Both the position numbers and the translations under genes were made by a program. A stretch of 64,000 nt of DNA from Octopus vulgaris (lineage: Eukaryota). Shown in pieces: positions 27,832 to 42,567 of the stretch. Within the stretch, counting starts at the first letter, position 1, and every line of letters begins with the position of its first letter. The stretch lies in assembly GCA_951406725.2 (NCBI GenBank), contig OX597838.1, forward strand, positions 21,762,001 through 21,826,000, in the 5' to 3' direction. The notes beneath the pieces are model-generated. The model saw only the letters and a program-made list of their open reading frames with translations, did not search any database and was not told the DNA's origin.

Positions 27832-28488
27832 ATTTCTATGCACATCCACAGTAATGCATATCATACACAGGGACAGACAGACAGATAGACAGACGAACAT
27901 ATCTGTAGACGGTGCAATGTATATGCGTGTAATGCACAAAAAACACACACCTATATACACACATACAAACACACACGCATGCACTCACTCACACACACAT
28001 ACAAACACATATATATATGTGTGTCTGGAGAGAGAAAGAGAGCGAGAGGGTGTGAGAGAGAGAGCGAGAGAGGTGTATGTCGATAGATGAGATCCAGAGT
28101 TGCTCAATATAGAAAACAGCAGAATTCAAATGGTTTGAATTTACATTCTGAAATCTCTACCGAAGACCAAGTTCGCGGTTATAAAAGAAATCCAGGCGGG
28201 CACATATGGGGATGACGGTGCAAATAGACAAATGAAACTGCTTGGATTAGATATACGGGATATATATGCTTGTACTCATATAAATAAAGAGAAAGCAGAC
28301 TGAAATTTTTATAGATATTTATATATTCAGAAAACAAACTTACACAGAGTACAGAGACACAGAAAACTAAAGGGAAGGCATGGTGTTACAGGCTCGACAG
28401 CTGTTTCTGGAGGCTCAGAGTTATAAATACATACATTACATACATACATACACACACACACACTTATGTATGTATGTATGTATGTATG

Positions 28489-28528
<40 letters not shown>

Positions 28529-29384
28529 TGTGTGTGTGTACATATATATATTTATATATCATATACAAACACGCACATACACATATTTATATATATATAT
28601 ATACATATTTGTATACATACGTACATGCATGCATACATGCATACATACATACTTACATACATTTCCAGAAGTTAATGCTTTGGCGCTGCCAAGATAGAGC
28701 GGTCTCAATGTTATAAAGCGCGAAACCACTAGGATGTCTTTGTCGTTGACTGACGGGGAAATCAGCTGCGAATTTTCTGTGTATCATGTTTTTATTTAAT
28801 TTTCTGTCTGTTATGTTTTCATCTAATCTTTCTCTTCGTTATGATATTTCTGTTCAATCCTTGAAATATCCATGTAGCGCCACGCACTCTCTGTTTGTTT
28901 ACTTTATTGTAAAAATATTCCTTGAATATTTATTGTGCAACTCTTACACTATATTTTTTCTTCCTTGCTTGCTTCCCTTGTACGTTTTTCTATGTTTCTA
29001 TCTCTCACTCTCTCTCCTTCCTTCTCTCTTATTCATCTATCCCTCTGCTCTTTTGTTCTCGCTCTCACAGTGTCTCTCTCCCTCTCTCTGCCCTCTACAA
29101 CTTTTCATCTCTCCTACCACTTTTCCAGTGTCCAGTCAAAGCGGTGTTGTTCTTTTTGGGTCTGCCTCTGGCCTGACCGGCCACGTCTATCTGGGCTCCT
29201 GCCCTGTCCGCTGGGACTTTCTCCATTTCTCCTTTGCGCCACTCAACAAAGTTCGTTTGATAGCCGAAAAGGCTCTTTCTGTTGTATATGTATATTTATT
29301 CTTTTTCTGTTGTATAGCCAAAAGGCCTCTTTTTTTGTTAAATATGTATAATCCTTTTCTGTTGTATTTGTACTATCAGCACTA

Positions 29385-29559
29385 CACCAGTTGGTTCCGG
29401 GTTCAGTCCAACTACGTGTAACCTTCGGCAAGTGTGTTCTGCTATAGCCTTGGGCTGACCAAAGCCCAGTGAGTGGATTTCATAGACAGAAACTGGAAGA
29501 AGTCCGCCATATAATACATATGTGTGTGCGTGTGAGTGCGCGCGCCGGGCGCGGGTGCA

Positions 29560-29590
<31 letters not shown>

Positions 29591-29800
29591 AGGTGTGTGT
29601 GTGTGCGTGTCTGTATCTGTGTTTGCCCCCCACCACTGCATGACGACCGGCGTTGGTTTGTTTACGTCCTCGTCCCTTAGCGGTTCAGCAAAAAGAGCCC
29701 GATAAAATAAGTACCAGGCTTTAGAAAAATGATTACTGAGGGTCGATTCATTTAACTATAAATGTCGTCAAGTTGGTGCCCCAGCAGGGCCGCAGTCACC
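29385..29800 (+). mobile_element. SINE family A, diverged
   Basis: Match to the family A consensus. Confidence 0.75.
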
Positions 29801-30846
29801 AATTCTTTTCGACTCTCTGCTGATTCTATCATTTTTTTTTTGTTTTATTTCTAACAATTGTTTTTTTACCCCTGATTCTCAATTTCTTTGCTTTGCTCCA
29901 CCACCCGTACCCGTATCTTAAATAGTTGAATGGTGTGGTTGGGGTGTCGAAGACGTACGTCTCTGATAGGAAACGAGGGTAGATGGACGAGGGGCGGGGT
30001 GAGCTGAGACTGATGGTGGTGGTGGTGGTGGTGGGGCTGCTTTGGGCGGGATGAGATTTGGCTGAAGGTGATGTGAGGGTATGATGTGCAATGGTGGTAG
30101 TGGTGGTGATGGGTGCATGTGGTGGGGAGTGGTAGGGCGCGGTGTGTGGAGTGTGGCAGGTGAGTCACACGGTGAAATCCGGTGTGGGATTAAATTGATA
30201 GATAAATGACTAAATGTAGAAATGAATAAAGGAATGAAGTACTACTAAAATACATCTGACAGCATCACTAACGCCATTGCTAGCAGCAGCGGCAGTAGCG
30301 GCAGCAGCAGTAACTTCATCATCATCATCATCATCATCATCATCGTCGTCGTCGTCGTCGTCGTCGTCATCGACATCAATTCGTCATCATCGTCTTCACT
30401 CTACCACCACCACTACCACCACCACCACTACCACCACCACCACCACCACTACCACCACCACCACCACCATCACTACCACCGCCATCATCATCAGAACACC
30501 AACACCACTACCACCACCGCCACCGTCGCCGCCGTCACCACCACCACCACCACCACCACCACCACCACCATGTCAATATATCATGACATAACTGTGATGT
30601 GATAAAGCAGATGTTTATCAAACTGTTGGTGTTTCCACCTGTTTCCTGGTTGTCCCCGAATTGTCCCCAGGGACCAAGTTATTCTGGGGTTTGTTGATAG
30701 CAATGATATAATACACCCTTGACCTTCGCCCCTCGACTCTTTTCAGATTGAAACGTCCCACTTGGCCCTTCCTGTCGCGTCACATCTGATTCCGTAATGG
30801 TCGTTGGAATTTCTCTTCCATTAATCTTTCTGTATGGTCCTGTTCG

Positions 30847-30849
<3 letters not shown>

Positions 30850-30910
<61 letters not shown>

Positions 30911-32134
30911 ACAGACACACATACTCAGACACACACACATACACACACACATGTACGCATACACACACACAAGCACATGCATGCACACATACACACACGC
31001 ACACGTGAACACATGCACACACGCGCATACATGCATACATGCACACACAGTCACACTGGCAGGCAGATGCATGCATACATAGACACATACACACATGCAC
31101 ACACACACGCACGCACATGTACACACAAACACACAGACACATACAGGCACACATACACACAAACACACATGCAAACACATACATGCACGCACACATACAC
31201 AAGCGTATACACATGTACACACGCCCACACACGCAGACATACATACACATGCACGCACATACACACGCACGCACACATACACCCACACATACAGGCACGC
31301 ACACATACGTGCACACATACACACACATGTACATACACACGCACACATGCACACATACAGACACGCATACATGAACACAAATACACACGCACATACATGC
31401 ACACATACACACATGTACACATGCACACATACATGTATGCACGCACACACACGCATGCACATATACACACACACATAAGCATACATTCATACATACACAA
31501 GGGCAAACACACACACAGATACACACACACACACGCACTCACACACACACACACACACACATATATACATAGATGCTCACATACGCTCTCACAGATACAC
31601 CCACTCTCACACACATATACATACATACATTCATGCATACATACATACATACACACAAAGTACATACATACATACATACACACATCGTACATACATACAT
31701 GCATACATACATGCATACATACATGCATACATACATACATACACCTACATACATACATGCATACATACATGCATACATACATACATACATACACACATGC
31801 ATACATAGATACATGCATACATACATACATACATACATACATACACACATACATACATACACACATACATACATAAACACATACATACATACATACATAC
31901 ACACATGCATACATACATACATGCATACATACATACCTACATACATATATACATACATACATTCATACATACACACATACATACATACATACATACATAC
32001 ATACATACATACATACACACATACACACATACACACATGCATGCATACATACATACATTCATACATACATGCATACATACGTACATACATACATACATAC
32101 ATACATACATACATACATACATACATACATACAT

Positions 32135-32165
<31 letters not shown>
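30850..32165. repeat. Degenerate (CA/CATA)n array
   Basis: Direct inspection. Confidence 0.9.
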
Positions 32166-32167
<2 letters not shown>

Positions 32168-33173
32168 TCGTACATACAGACATGTATTTATACGAGAACA
32201 CCGGTCTGATCATTCTTAAAGAGAGAGAGAGAGAGAGACGCAACAAATGATGTTTTTAGTGCGTTAAATTTCATTTCTTCAAAGCGTGTCTCCGTCTCAT
32301 TTGTTTACTCATTAACGATTTACCGTTTATTTCATCGTCAACAATTCTGCATGCCGTTCTTCGCCGCTGGCAGCGAAACTGGTGATGTCGTGGTGGTGGC
32401 GATGCGGCGGCGGGGGAATATCAATGCACATCATGTCGAAATTTCATCAATTAGGCTTTTAAAGAAATGTTATTCTTGTGTGTTTCTACCGCTTCGTAAT
32501 TAAGTGATGCTATAACTTACCCCCTTCAGTGAGAGAGGTTTGAAGACGCGGTGGATCTCCTTCGTGTATTTCAGAAGCTTTAATTGCTGTAATTAATATT
32601 TTCAAATTTAATGTTAATTAGCGTAGTGCGGTGGACTGTTAATTATTGCAACGTGTTTTAATTACTTACGTATTGTGAATGATTCCGAAGTGTTTGTCGC
32701 TATCTGTAATTAAAAACATAATAGCTCTCGTCGCCATTCCATATTTCAGTATCGACGTTATTCTCAAAGGACATTCCTTGTAGAGTTTTCCTTTAATTGT
32801 GTCTGTCATTAGACTGCGGCCATGCTGGGGCACTACCTTGAAGGGATCTAGTCGAACAAATCGACCGCAGTGTTTATTTGTTTACCGTCTGCTACTCGGT
32901 ATGTTTGTTTACAGCTGCTGCCGAACCGCTAAGTTGCGAGGGGCGTAAACAAAGCAACATGGGTTGTCAGGCTGTGGCGGATAAATACAGAGACACGAAG
33001 GCATGGCCGTGTGGTAAAAAGCTTGCTTCCTTACTATCTCAACCTATGGTTCTAGATTCAATCCCACTGCGTGGCACATTGGGCAGGTGCCTTCTACTAT
33101 AGCCTCGGGTCGACCAAAAACCAAAACCTTGCGAGTGGATGTGATAGACAGAAACTGAAAGAAGGCCGTCTTG

Positions 33174-33224
<51 letters not shown>

Positions 33225-33298
33225 CATACACACACACACACATACACACACACACACATATATATATATAAATACATATACACACATATATATATATA

Positions 33299-33930
33299 CT
33301 AGCAGTATCGCCCGGCGTTGCTCGGGTTTGTAAGGGAAATAACTATATAAGCATTTTTAGAGAGTTATAGCCAAAAAATAGCAAAAAATGCATTAAAAAT
33401 GGAAAAAATATGATGGTAATTTTTTTAAAAATCGTTGACTCATCGTAGACATTTTTAGAGAGTTACTTCCCTTATATAATAGCGAAAAAATGCATTAAAA
33501 TGGAAAAAAAACGATGGTAAATTTTTTTTTAAATCGTAGACTCATGTAGACGCTTTCTTAGCCATTTCTGTTTTGGTGTCTTCAAGCCATGAAGTCGTTG
33601 TTCTAAAAGAACACTGGTCTCCTTGACAACGCATTACGACGTTGATTTCCTTACACTCCCTTCCCCACAGGTGCAGGTGTGAGCGTGGACGCCAACTCCG
33701 CCGTCATCGACACACGAAAATTATGCATTAAAATGGAATAAAAAATGTTAAATTATTTTAAAAATCGTAGACTCATCGTAGACGCGCGCTAATATTCAGA
33801 CGGGCTCGATATGAATCACGACTATAAGCTACCCGAATTTGGTTAAACTGTACCGCAAAATGTGGGAGTAGTTAGGAATCTAAATCGAAGGGGACAGACA
33901 CTCACACAACTACAGTTTTATATATATAGA
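33299..33930 (-). mobile_element. Non-autonomous Helitron, apparently complete
   Basis: Minus strand starts TCTATATATATAAAACTG and ends with hairpin CCCGAGCAACGCCGGG + CTAG; inserted between A and T in (TA)n; internal ~100 bp tandem duplications. Confidence 0.8.
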
Positions 33931-33944
33931 TATACATAGCGCTG

Positions 33945-34305
33945 TAGTGGTGAGATATGACAGCAAAGAAAAGCATACATTCACTCTCTGCATGCAATTA
34001 GACTCGGAAAGTTCGTGAGGAACCCATTGACCCAATTTGCTTACTTTTCCGATAGCACACAGGTGTCAATGAATGGTTGAATGACCAAATCCAAGCTTCT
34101 CTGCTAGTTCCTCAACAGTTACGATGATATTTTGTTCCACCAGGGTTTTCAGGATGTCCTTGTCGAGTTCTACAGATCTTTCAGGATGAGGCTCGTCTTC
34201 TAGGCTGTAGTTTATGGCTCGGGATTTCTGGAACCACCATTGACACTGCCTTACGCTTATTGTCCAATCCCCATATACTGCATTAATATTTCTTGTACTT
34301 TGCAC
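33945..34305 (-). pseudogene. mariner transposase N-terminal fragment (HTH + WVPHEL)
   Basis: NINAVYGDWTISVRQCQWWFQK...SLEDEP...TVEELAEKLGFGHSTIH*HLCAIGKVSKLGQWVPHEL; internal stop. Confidence 0.9.
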
Positions 34306-34789
34306 ACATTTATATTCTGTTATTCTTTTATATGTTTCAGCCTTGAGGTTGTGGCCATGCTGGATCATGTGTGTGTGTGTGTGTGTGTGTGTGTCTATCT
34401 GTCTGTCTGTCTGTATGTATATATGTATATGTATGTGTGTGAACAATAATATTTTCAACAGATGTGTTGCAAATGTATCTGATTGTTCTCAAGCTTCAAT
34501 ACTGTGTGTGTGTGTATGTGTGTGTGTGTATGTATGTATGTATATGTATGTATGTATGTATGTATATGTATGTATGTGTGTGTGTATGTATGTGTGTGTG
34601 TATGTATGTGTGTGTGTATGTGTGTATGTATGTATGTATGTATGTATGTATGTATGTATGTATGTTTGAGTGTATGTTTACTTTATTACTAATTACTCTC
34701 TTCCAAGAACATTTTCACTCACTCTTAGCTCTTAGCTTCCCATACATTTTACTCATGTATCTATCATCGTCATAGACAGAATACTTTCA

Positions 34790-35092
34790 CTTTAGTCTTC
34801 CTCAAATCACTCTGTCCGCTATTTACTTTCATTTTATTCGTTGCCCACTGTGTGTGTGCGTTTGCGTGTGGTGTAAACCAGACTAAGAAAAGCATTTGAC
34901 ACACACACCAGAATGTGAGTTTTCTGTAAATTTTGCTTAATTGGAGTTTAAATTTTAAAAACTGGACCTGGCATGACGCGATGCATTGTACTCTTAAAAA
35001 TGCCAGGTAAATTGTAATTGAAGAAATCCTATATTGTAGATTTGTATAACTCCCAAAGGGAGGCAGATAAAATCTGCCTTTTATAATAAGAG
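34790..35092 (-). mobile_element. Helitron-like 5' fragment (copy 1)
   Basis: Reverse complement of 36134-36420 (TCTCTTATTATAAAAGGCAGATTTTATCTGCCTCCC). Confidence 0.5.
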
Positions 35093-35398
35093 ATATATAC
35101 ATATATACATACACACACACGCACACATACACACACACATATATATATATATATACATATGTGTGTGTATGTTTGTGTGTCTGTGTTTGTCCCCCCAACA
35201 TCGCTCGACAACCGATGCTGGCGTGTTTACGTCCCCCGTAACTTAGCGGTTCGGCAAAAGAAACCGATAGCATATGTACTAGGCTTCAAAAGAATAAGTC
35301 CTGGGGTCGATTTGCTCGACTAAAGGCGGTGCTCCAGCGTGGCCACAGTCAAATGACTGAAACAAGTAAAAGAGTAAAAAAAAGTATACACACATGCG

Positions 35399-35610
35399 TA
35401 TTGGATTGGTGCATAACAACATGTAACAAAGACATCTTTGAATGATTATTCCGGAGCATATTCACCATCTACTTCAATTACTGCTTCCCATCTGCTTGGC
35501 AGATCGGTCAGACCGTCATTTAAAGATGGTTTTGTTAAATATTGTCATTGTTTTTGTTGAATAAGATTTGTTGAAAAAAAGCAGCAATAATTATGCACCA
35601 ACCCATAATA
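35399..35610 (-). mobile_element. Internally deleted mariner derivative with both TIRs
   Basis: TIRs TTGGATTGGTGCATAA / TTATGCACCAACCCAT; minus strand encodes the mariner C-terminus DGLTDLPSRWEAVIEVDGEYAPE*. Confidence 0.7.
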
Positions 35611-36133
35611 ATTATGTATAATATACATACATACATACATACATACATACATGAATGCATCATACATGCACACATACATACATACATGCATACATACATA
35701 CACATATACATGCATACAAACTTACATACACACGTATACACATGCATACATACATACATACATGCATACATACATAATACATACATACATACACACACAC
35801 ACATACATACATACATACATACATACATTGTATATACATACATATACATACATACATACATGCATCATACATACATACATACATACATACATACATACAT
35901 ACATACATACATACATACATGCATGCATACATACATATGTCTGTACGTGTGTTTACGTTCCCGTAACTTAGTGGTTCGACAAAAAAGATCGATAGAACAA
36001 GTACCAGCCTTTCATAAAGAAGTACTACCGTCGATTCATTTGACAAAAATTCTTCAAGGCTGTGCCCCAGCTTGGCCGCAGTCTAATAACTGAAACAAGT
36101 AACTGTTTGTTATTTTTTTCCCCATTTTAATTA

Positions 36134-36663
36134 TCTCTTATTATAAAAGGCAGATTTTATCTGCCTCCCTTTGTCTCTTATAGAAATCTACAATATAGGA
36201 TTTCTTCAATTACAATTTACCTAGCATTTATAAGAGTAGAATGCATCGGGTCGTGCCAGGTCCGGTTTTTAAAATTTCAACCCTAATTAAGCAAAATTTA
36301 GAGAAAACTCACATTGTGGTGTGTAAGTGAAGTGCTTTTCTTAGTGTGGGCTACAGCACACACACAAAAACGGAGCAGTCTGCTTCACTCACGCTATCAC
36401 TCTAATTTCTCCCACTTTCTCTTTGCAAGTGTACCTTAAACCACTACTAAAAAAAAAACACAGCAAACAGAAACAAATAAATACATAACGATTTGCTCCT
36501 CACACAATTTCTTCAATTAGAGTTTGCCTATGATTTTTCAAAGTACTTCCAAGTTATGCCATGCAAAATTTCTTTCAATTTCACCCCCAATTAAGACAAA
36601 ATTCGAGAAAACTCAATATTTTAACATTTCACTCCGAAAGCATTGATGTACATGTGTGCGTGC

Positions 36664-36700
<37 letters not shown>

Positions 36701-37140
36701 ATGGGATGTGCGACACAGAAAGTGTGGTGTGTAAGTGAAGTGCTTTTGTTAGTGTGTGTAAAGAGACAGAGAGAGTACACATACCTACGTACACCTAAAG
36801 CACGCACACACACACACAAGCGGAGCGCGAACTTCAAAAGAATTTAGCGCGCTATCTATCTGGTTTGCCATTCCTCACACACACGCATACACATACATAT
36901 ATGACAGTGACAAACACAAACGTTTCAAACAACTACATACAAACACGTGTGTGTTTGTTATTAGTAAAAAAGGCGCCAAACACAACTCACTTCTCATTCG
37001 AACACATTTGCAAAAACACACCGACGGTCGAATTGCCATAACAATACAGAAAAGGTAAATTGGTTTTTAATTTACTTTCTGTCGTTAAATTTTGGTAGTA
37101 TTAATTGGCGAGCGTACTTCTGTTGTCAATTGTTGACAGA
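36134..37140 (+). mobile_element. Helitron-like element (copy 2), 3' end not identified
   Basis: 5' TC start, subterminal palindrome GGCAGAT-TTT-ATCTGCC, internal duplication (36270-36380 vs 36575-36830). Confidence 0.45.
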
Positions 37141-37282
37141 AAGAAATTGTAAGCTAATAAGGTGTGTGTGTGTAGGAAGTGAAGGATAAAAATATTGCAA
37201 GAAGTGGACAGATGTACATATATACATCCATACATACATGTGTGTGTGTGTGTCTATGTATGTGTATTAATGTGTGTGTGTT

Positions 37283-37527
37283 ATCTCTATATAAAGCTGA
37301 AGTTGTCTGTGTGCGCCACGTTTGGTAACCTTCAACTAACACTATCTCCTCCGAGACCCTGCGGCGCAAGTTGACCAAAATTGAGAGTATGATAGAAGAA
37401 GGGTTGCTCTTCCTTCCGTAGAACATAAAATTCAAATCGGACCATGTTAACACCAAAAATTATTTACATCAAAAAGCTGCTTTTTTCCATGAAAATCCCT
37501 ATTTTTTACGATTTTTTCACTGCTGTG
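37283..37527 (+). mobile_element. Helitron-like 5' fragment
   Basis: A|TCTCTATATAAAGCTGAAGTTGTCTGTGTG start, similar in style to the 33930 terminus. Confidence 0.4.
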
Positions 37528-37691
37528 TATATATATATGTATGTATGATGTATGTATGTCTATGTATGTATCTATGTATATATATATGATGTATGTATGT
37601 ATGTATGTATGTATGTATGTATGTATGTATGTATGTATGTATGTATGTATGTATGTATGTATGTATTTGTATAATTTTTATAGTTTTCTAC

Positions 37692-38024
37692 TTTCAACAG
37701 GATGGTGCACCACCTCACTACCGGTAAAACATTCAGGAATGTTTAAATCTTAATTTTGAACTGAGGTGGATGGGACAACGTGGAGCAATTTGAGTGTCCA
37801 TCTCGATCACCAGGCCTAACACCACCTGACTTTTACCTGTGGGTGTATTGAAAGATCGTGTTTACTCACTCAAAGAGAAAACAATTCATGAATTAAAACA
37901 AGGAATTTCTGATACATTTTCTGCAATTAACGTGGAACTGTGTCAAAAGGTTTGTAGAAGTGTTGCTGGTAGGGTTCAGCATTGTACTAAAAAAGTAGGG
38001 GCGCCTTTTGATTATGTTAATTAA
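37692..38024 (+). pseudogene. Tc1/mariner-superfamily transposase C-terminal fragment
   Basis: FQQDGAPPHY, frameshifted PSRSPGLTPPDFYLWG, then VLKDRVYSLKEKTIHELKQGI...RVQHC...G.PF. Confidence 0.85.
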
Positions 38025-38385
38025 ATTTTTTATCATAATTAATTACACTATTTTAATGGAGCAATACTTAATGAATTTCGTAAAACTACTGCAATACTTT
38101 CATTGTTTTGTTTTTTAAACTTCTTTAACGACTGTAATATATTTTTATACAATTTAGGCGCGGGAGTGGGTGTGAGGTAAGTAGCTTGCTTACCAACCAC
38201 AAGGTTCCGGGTTCAGTCCCACTGCGTTGCACCTTGGGCAATCTTCTTCAATAGTCTCGGGCCGACCAAAGCCTTGAGAGTGGATTTGGTAGACAGAAAC
38301 TGAAAGGAGCCCATCGTATATATAAATATATATACCCACTGTTTTTACCCCAGTGCCACTTTGATGGCATGCACTGCTCTCACTC

Positions 38386-38428
<43 letters not shown>

Positions 38429-39494
38429 GTAATAATGATGATGATGATGATGATGATGATAATAATAATAATGATAATAATGATAATAACCCTTTCTACT
38501 ATAGGAACAAAGCCAGACATTTGGGGGCAGGGTTTTTGTTGATTTCATCGATGCCAGTATTGAACTGGTGCTTGATTTATCAATCCCAAAAGAATGACAG
38601 GCAAAGTCGACGTAGGCGAAATTTGAACTCAGAACATAAAGACAGACAAAATGTCTCTAAGAACTTTCCTCTGCGTGCTAAAAATGGTCTCATTTTCCCG
38701 AATAATAATAATATAAACAATATTACAACAACGAAGCAAAAAATGTTATAATTATAATATACTATGAAAACAATATGAAATATGATATTACATTAATATA
38801 ACGGTTTCAAATTTTGGCACAAGGCCAGGAATTTGGGAGAAGGTGCTAGTCGATTACATCGCACCCCAGTTTTCAGCTGGTCCTTAATCTATCGACTCCC
38901 GAAAGGATGCAAGGCAAAGTGCGCTAACACATTACTACTAAAACGAGGCCTTTTTTGGGAATACTTCCATAAAGCAGAAGTGAGTAGTCTCCCTTACAAA
39001 TAAGGCGATATAGAAGAGTAATCGCCCCTGAGAAAAAGTCTGAAAGGCTTATTTTCTATTAGATATAGAGTTGCCTCCCTTGTCAGTATCGTCTGCTTAT
39101 GTGTTTCGCTGTTGGTGAAAATGTGGCATATATTCTGGATTGAGCAGTAAACGATCTCAAACAAGCAAGAGTAATGAATGAAGGATGCAAGCAACTAAAA
39201 AAAGAAACAGAAGAAAAACTGAGAGAAAACCTCCCTATGTTCAATAATAAACACGCGAGAATAACTGCCTCATGAGTCGCTAGAGAACCTATCGATCTGA
39301 TGTTATCCGGAATTAACTAAATGGCTAAAGAAATCCCAGCTTTTGGTCCTTGGTGGTTCTTGTATAGTGTACTGCGATTACAGTTCCCCAAAATTTGGAA
39401 CGATGAGCTGCGAACAATCCTTTTCAGTTTTTCTTCCGGATTTTATTACAAGGTGCGGCAGAAGTAATGCTCTTTCTGCATTTAATAACTCGTA

Positions 39495-40407
<913 letters not shown>

Positions 40408-40599
40408 TAGTATAGTATATAAATATTTATTACGCAATTTTTTTTATTGAACACGAATTTATTTTGTTATTTATTTTATAAAGAAATAATAAACAAATAA
40501 TGAACTAATGAAAAAATCGCATAAGTTTTTGGAAAGGAAAAAGAAACAGAATTATAAATTGGAAAACTCAAAATACGAAAGGGCGTTCCTTCTGCCGTA

Positions 40600-40838
40600 C
40601 CCCTGCATAAAAGACATGGCTGCGAAACAGGACCGCAATAATGGTGACGTCATGTTTGTTGTTAAAGATTCTTTTGAGCAACAGGATTAAAGTTTCTTCG
40701 TCAATGTGATCCAAGCGTTGCAACACAAATGAAAGAAGTGTGTGGACCCCAAGGGGGTCTATGTTGAATAGTAAATCTCATTCGGCCAGATCCCACGGGT
40801 GTATCTTGGCCAGCCTCTGAACTCTTAAGCCGATCATC
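40600..40838 (+). pseudogene. mariner transposase C-terminus + right end
   Basis: ...SFFVNVIQALQHK*KKCVDPKGVYVE*; homologous to 52181-52480(-). Confidence 0.7.
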
Positions 40839-40980
40839 GAACATACACATACACTTATGTATTCATACATATATACATACTTTTATGCATACATAAAAAT
40901 ATCTACATACACACACACACACACACACACACAGATACATGCATATATACATGCATGTATATATGTATGTATATATATGT

Positions 40981-41040
<60 letters not shown>

Positions 41041-41047
<7 letters not shown>

Positions 41048-41450
41048 GGAGTGGCTGTGTGGTAAGTAGCTTGCTAACCAACCACATGGTTCCGGGTTCA
41101 GTCCCACTGTGTGGCATCTTGGGCAAGTGTCTTCTGCTATAGCCCCGGGCCGACCAATGCCTTGTGAGTGGATTTGGTAGACGGAAACTGAAAGAAGCCT
41201 GTCGTATATATGTATATATATGTATGTTTGTTTGTGTGTCTGTGTTTGTCCCCCTAGCATTGCTTGACAACTGATGCTGGTGTGTTTATGTCCCCGTTAC
41301 TTAGCGGTTCGGCAAAAGAGACCGATAGAATAAGTACTGGGCTTACAAAAAGAATAAGTTCCGGGGTCGAGTTGCTCGATTAAAGGTGCTCGATTAAAGG
41401 TGCTCCAGCATGGCCGCAGTCAAATGACTGAAACAAGTAAAAGAGTAAAG
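41041..41450 (+). mobile_element. SINE family A (tRNA-like head, CORE-like block, internal microsatellite, GTAAAAGA-type tail), full length
   Basis: Box A/B-like TGGCTGTGTGG / GGTTCAGTCCC, CTTGGGCAAGT block, tail CTGAAACAAGTAAAAGAG; >15 copies in window. Confidence 0.85.
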
Positions 41451-41523
41451 AGTATATACATATATATACGTATATATATATATATATATATATACATACA
41501 CACAAACATGTAGACACACACAG

Positions 41524-41573
<50 letters not shown>

Positions 41574-41639
41574 ATATATAAATAATATATAAATATATGC
41601 ATATATACATACATATATGTACATACCTACATATATATG

Positions 41640-42190
41640 TATATATACATGCATATATGGATACAGGACATAAAAACACGTTGAACACAATGAGAAACGA
41701 AAACAAAAGGAAAAACATAGAAACGAACTTTTTTTCGAACAACGAAAAAAAAAACAAACAAACAAACAGAGAAACGAGACATACGACATAAAGAATATTC
41801 CCCTTCTTCAGTTGTCCCTGTTTCATCAACTCCACGTTTTCGGAGGTAAGGACAAGCCGCGACTTCATTGAAACAGTCCTTCCCGCAAAGCAAATTATAT
41901 AAAATTTAGGATTTTTTGCGCAGGGTGAAAGTGGTTAGAAGAACAGGACAGTGAGAACAAAACAGTGAAAACAATAAAAAAAAGTAAAAACAGTAAAAGA
42001 CAGAACAATGAGAACAGAACAGTAAAAACAAACGATGAGGGTTGTTAAGCCAAGACTCTGGAAAAAATATTCTGAACCTTTAAGGAGACGATCTTATGAA
42101 GAGACAGGATAAGCCCGTTTTGTCTTTGTGAAGGTAGTAGTCGAAAAGATGGATTCCCTCTCGTCACGTGTCAGCGACGAGAGAGTCGAT
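41640..42190 (-). mobile_element. Dispersed repeat family, probable PLE 3' end (copy 3)
   Basis: Similarity to 24790-25035, 26160-26770 and 63480-63870. Confidence 0.5.
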
Positions 42191-42519
42191 GAGGTGGAGA
42201 TTTGAAGTGCGTAAAAGTTATTAAATGCAAAAAGGGCGTTACTTCTGCTTCAGCCTGTATTAAATGTAATTCATTGATCAAAACCCCCACAGGGTCTGAG
42301 ATGTTTGGGGTGAGGTACAAATGATTAGATAAGTCCCCAGTATTTAAATGGTTAGTAATTTATCGATCTTAGGCACATACATTTGTTATTCATTCAGGTA
42401 ATATTTGGTTAGGCGATGTCGGCGAGTTGGCAGAATCGTTAACGCGCCGGGTAAAATGTTTAATCGGCGTTCTGAGTTCAAATTCCGCCAAGGCCCACTC
42501 TGCCTTTCATCCCTTTAGG

Positions 42520-42567
<48 letters not shown>

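Noticed and set aside
28786-29421. 211-aa hydrophobic ORF
   Set aside because: Product of T/C-rich low-complexity repeat sequence; no domain recognised.
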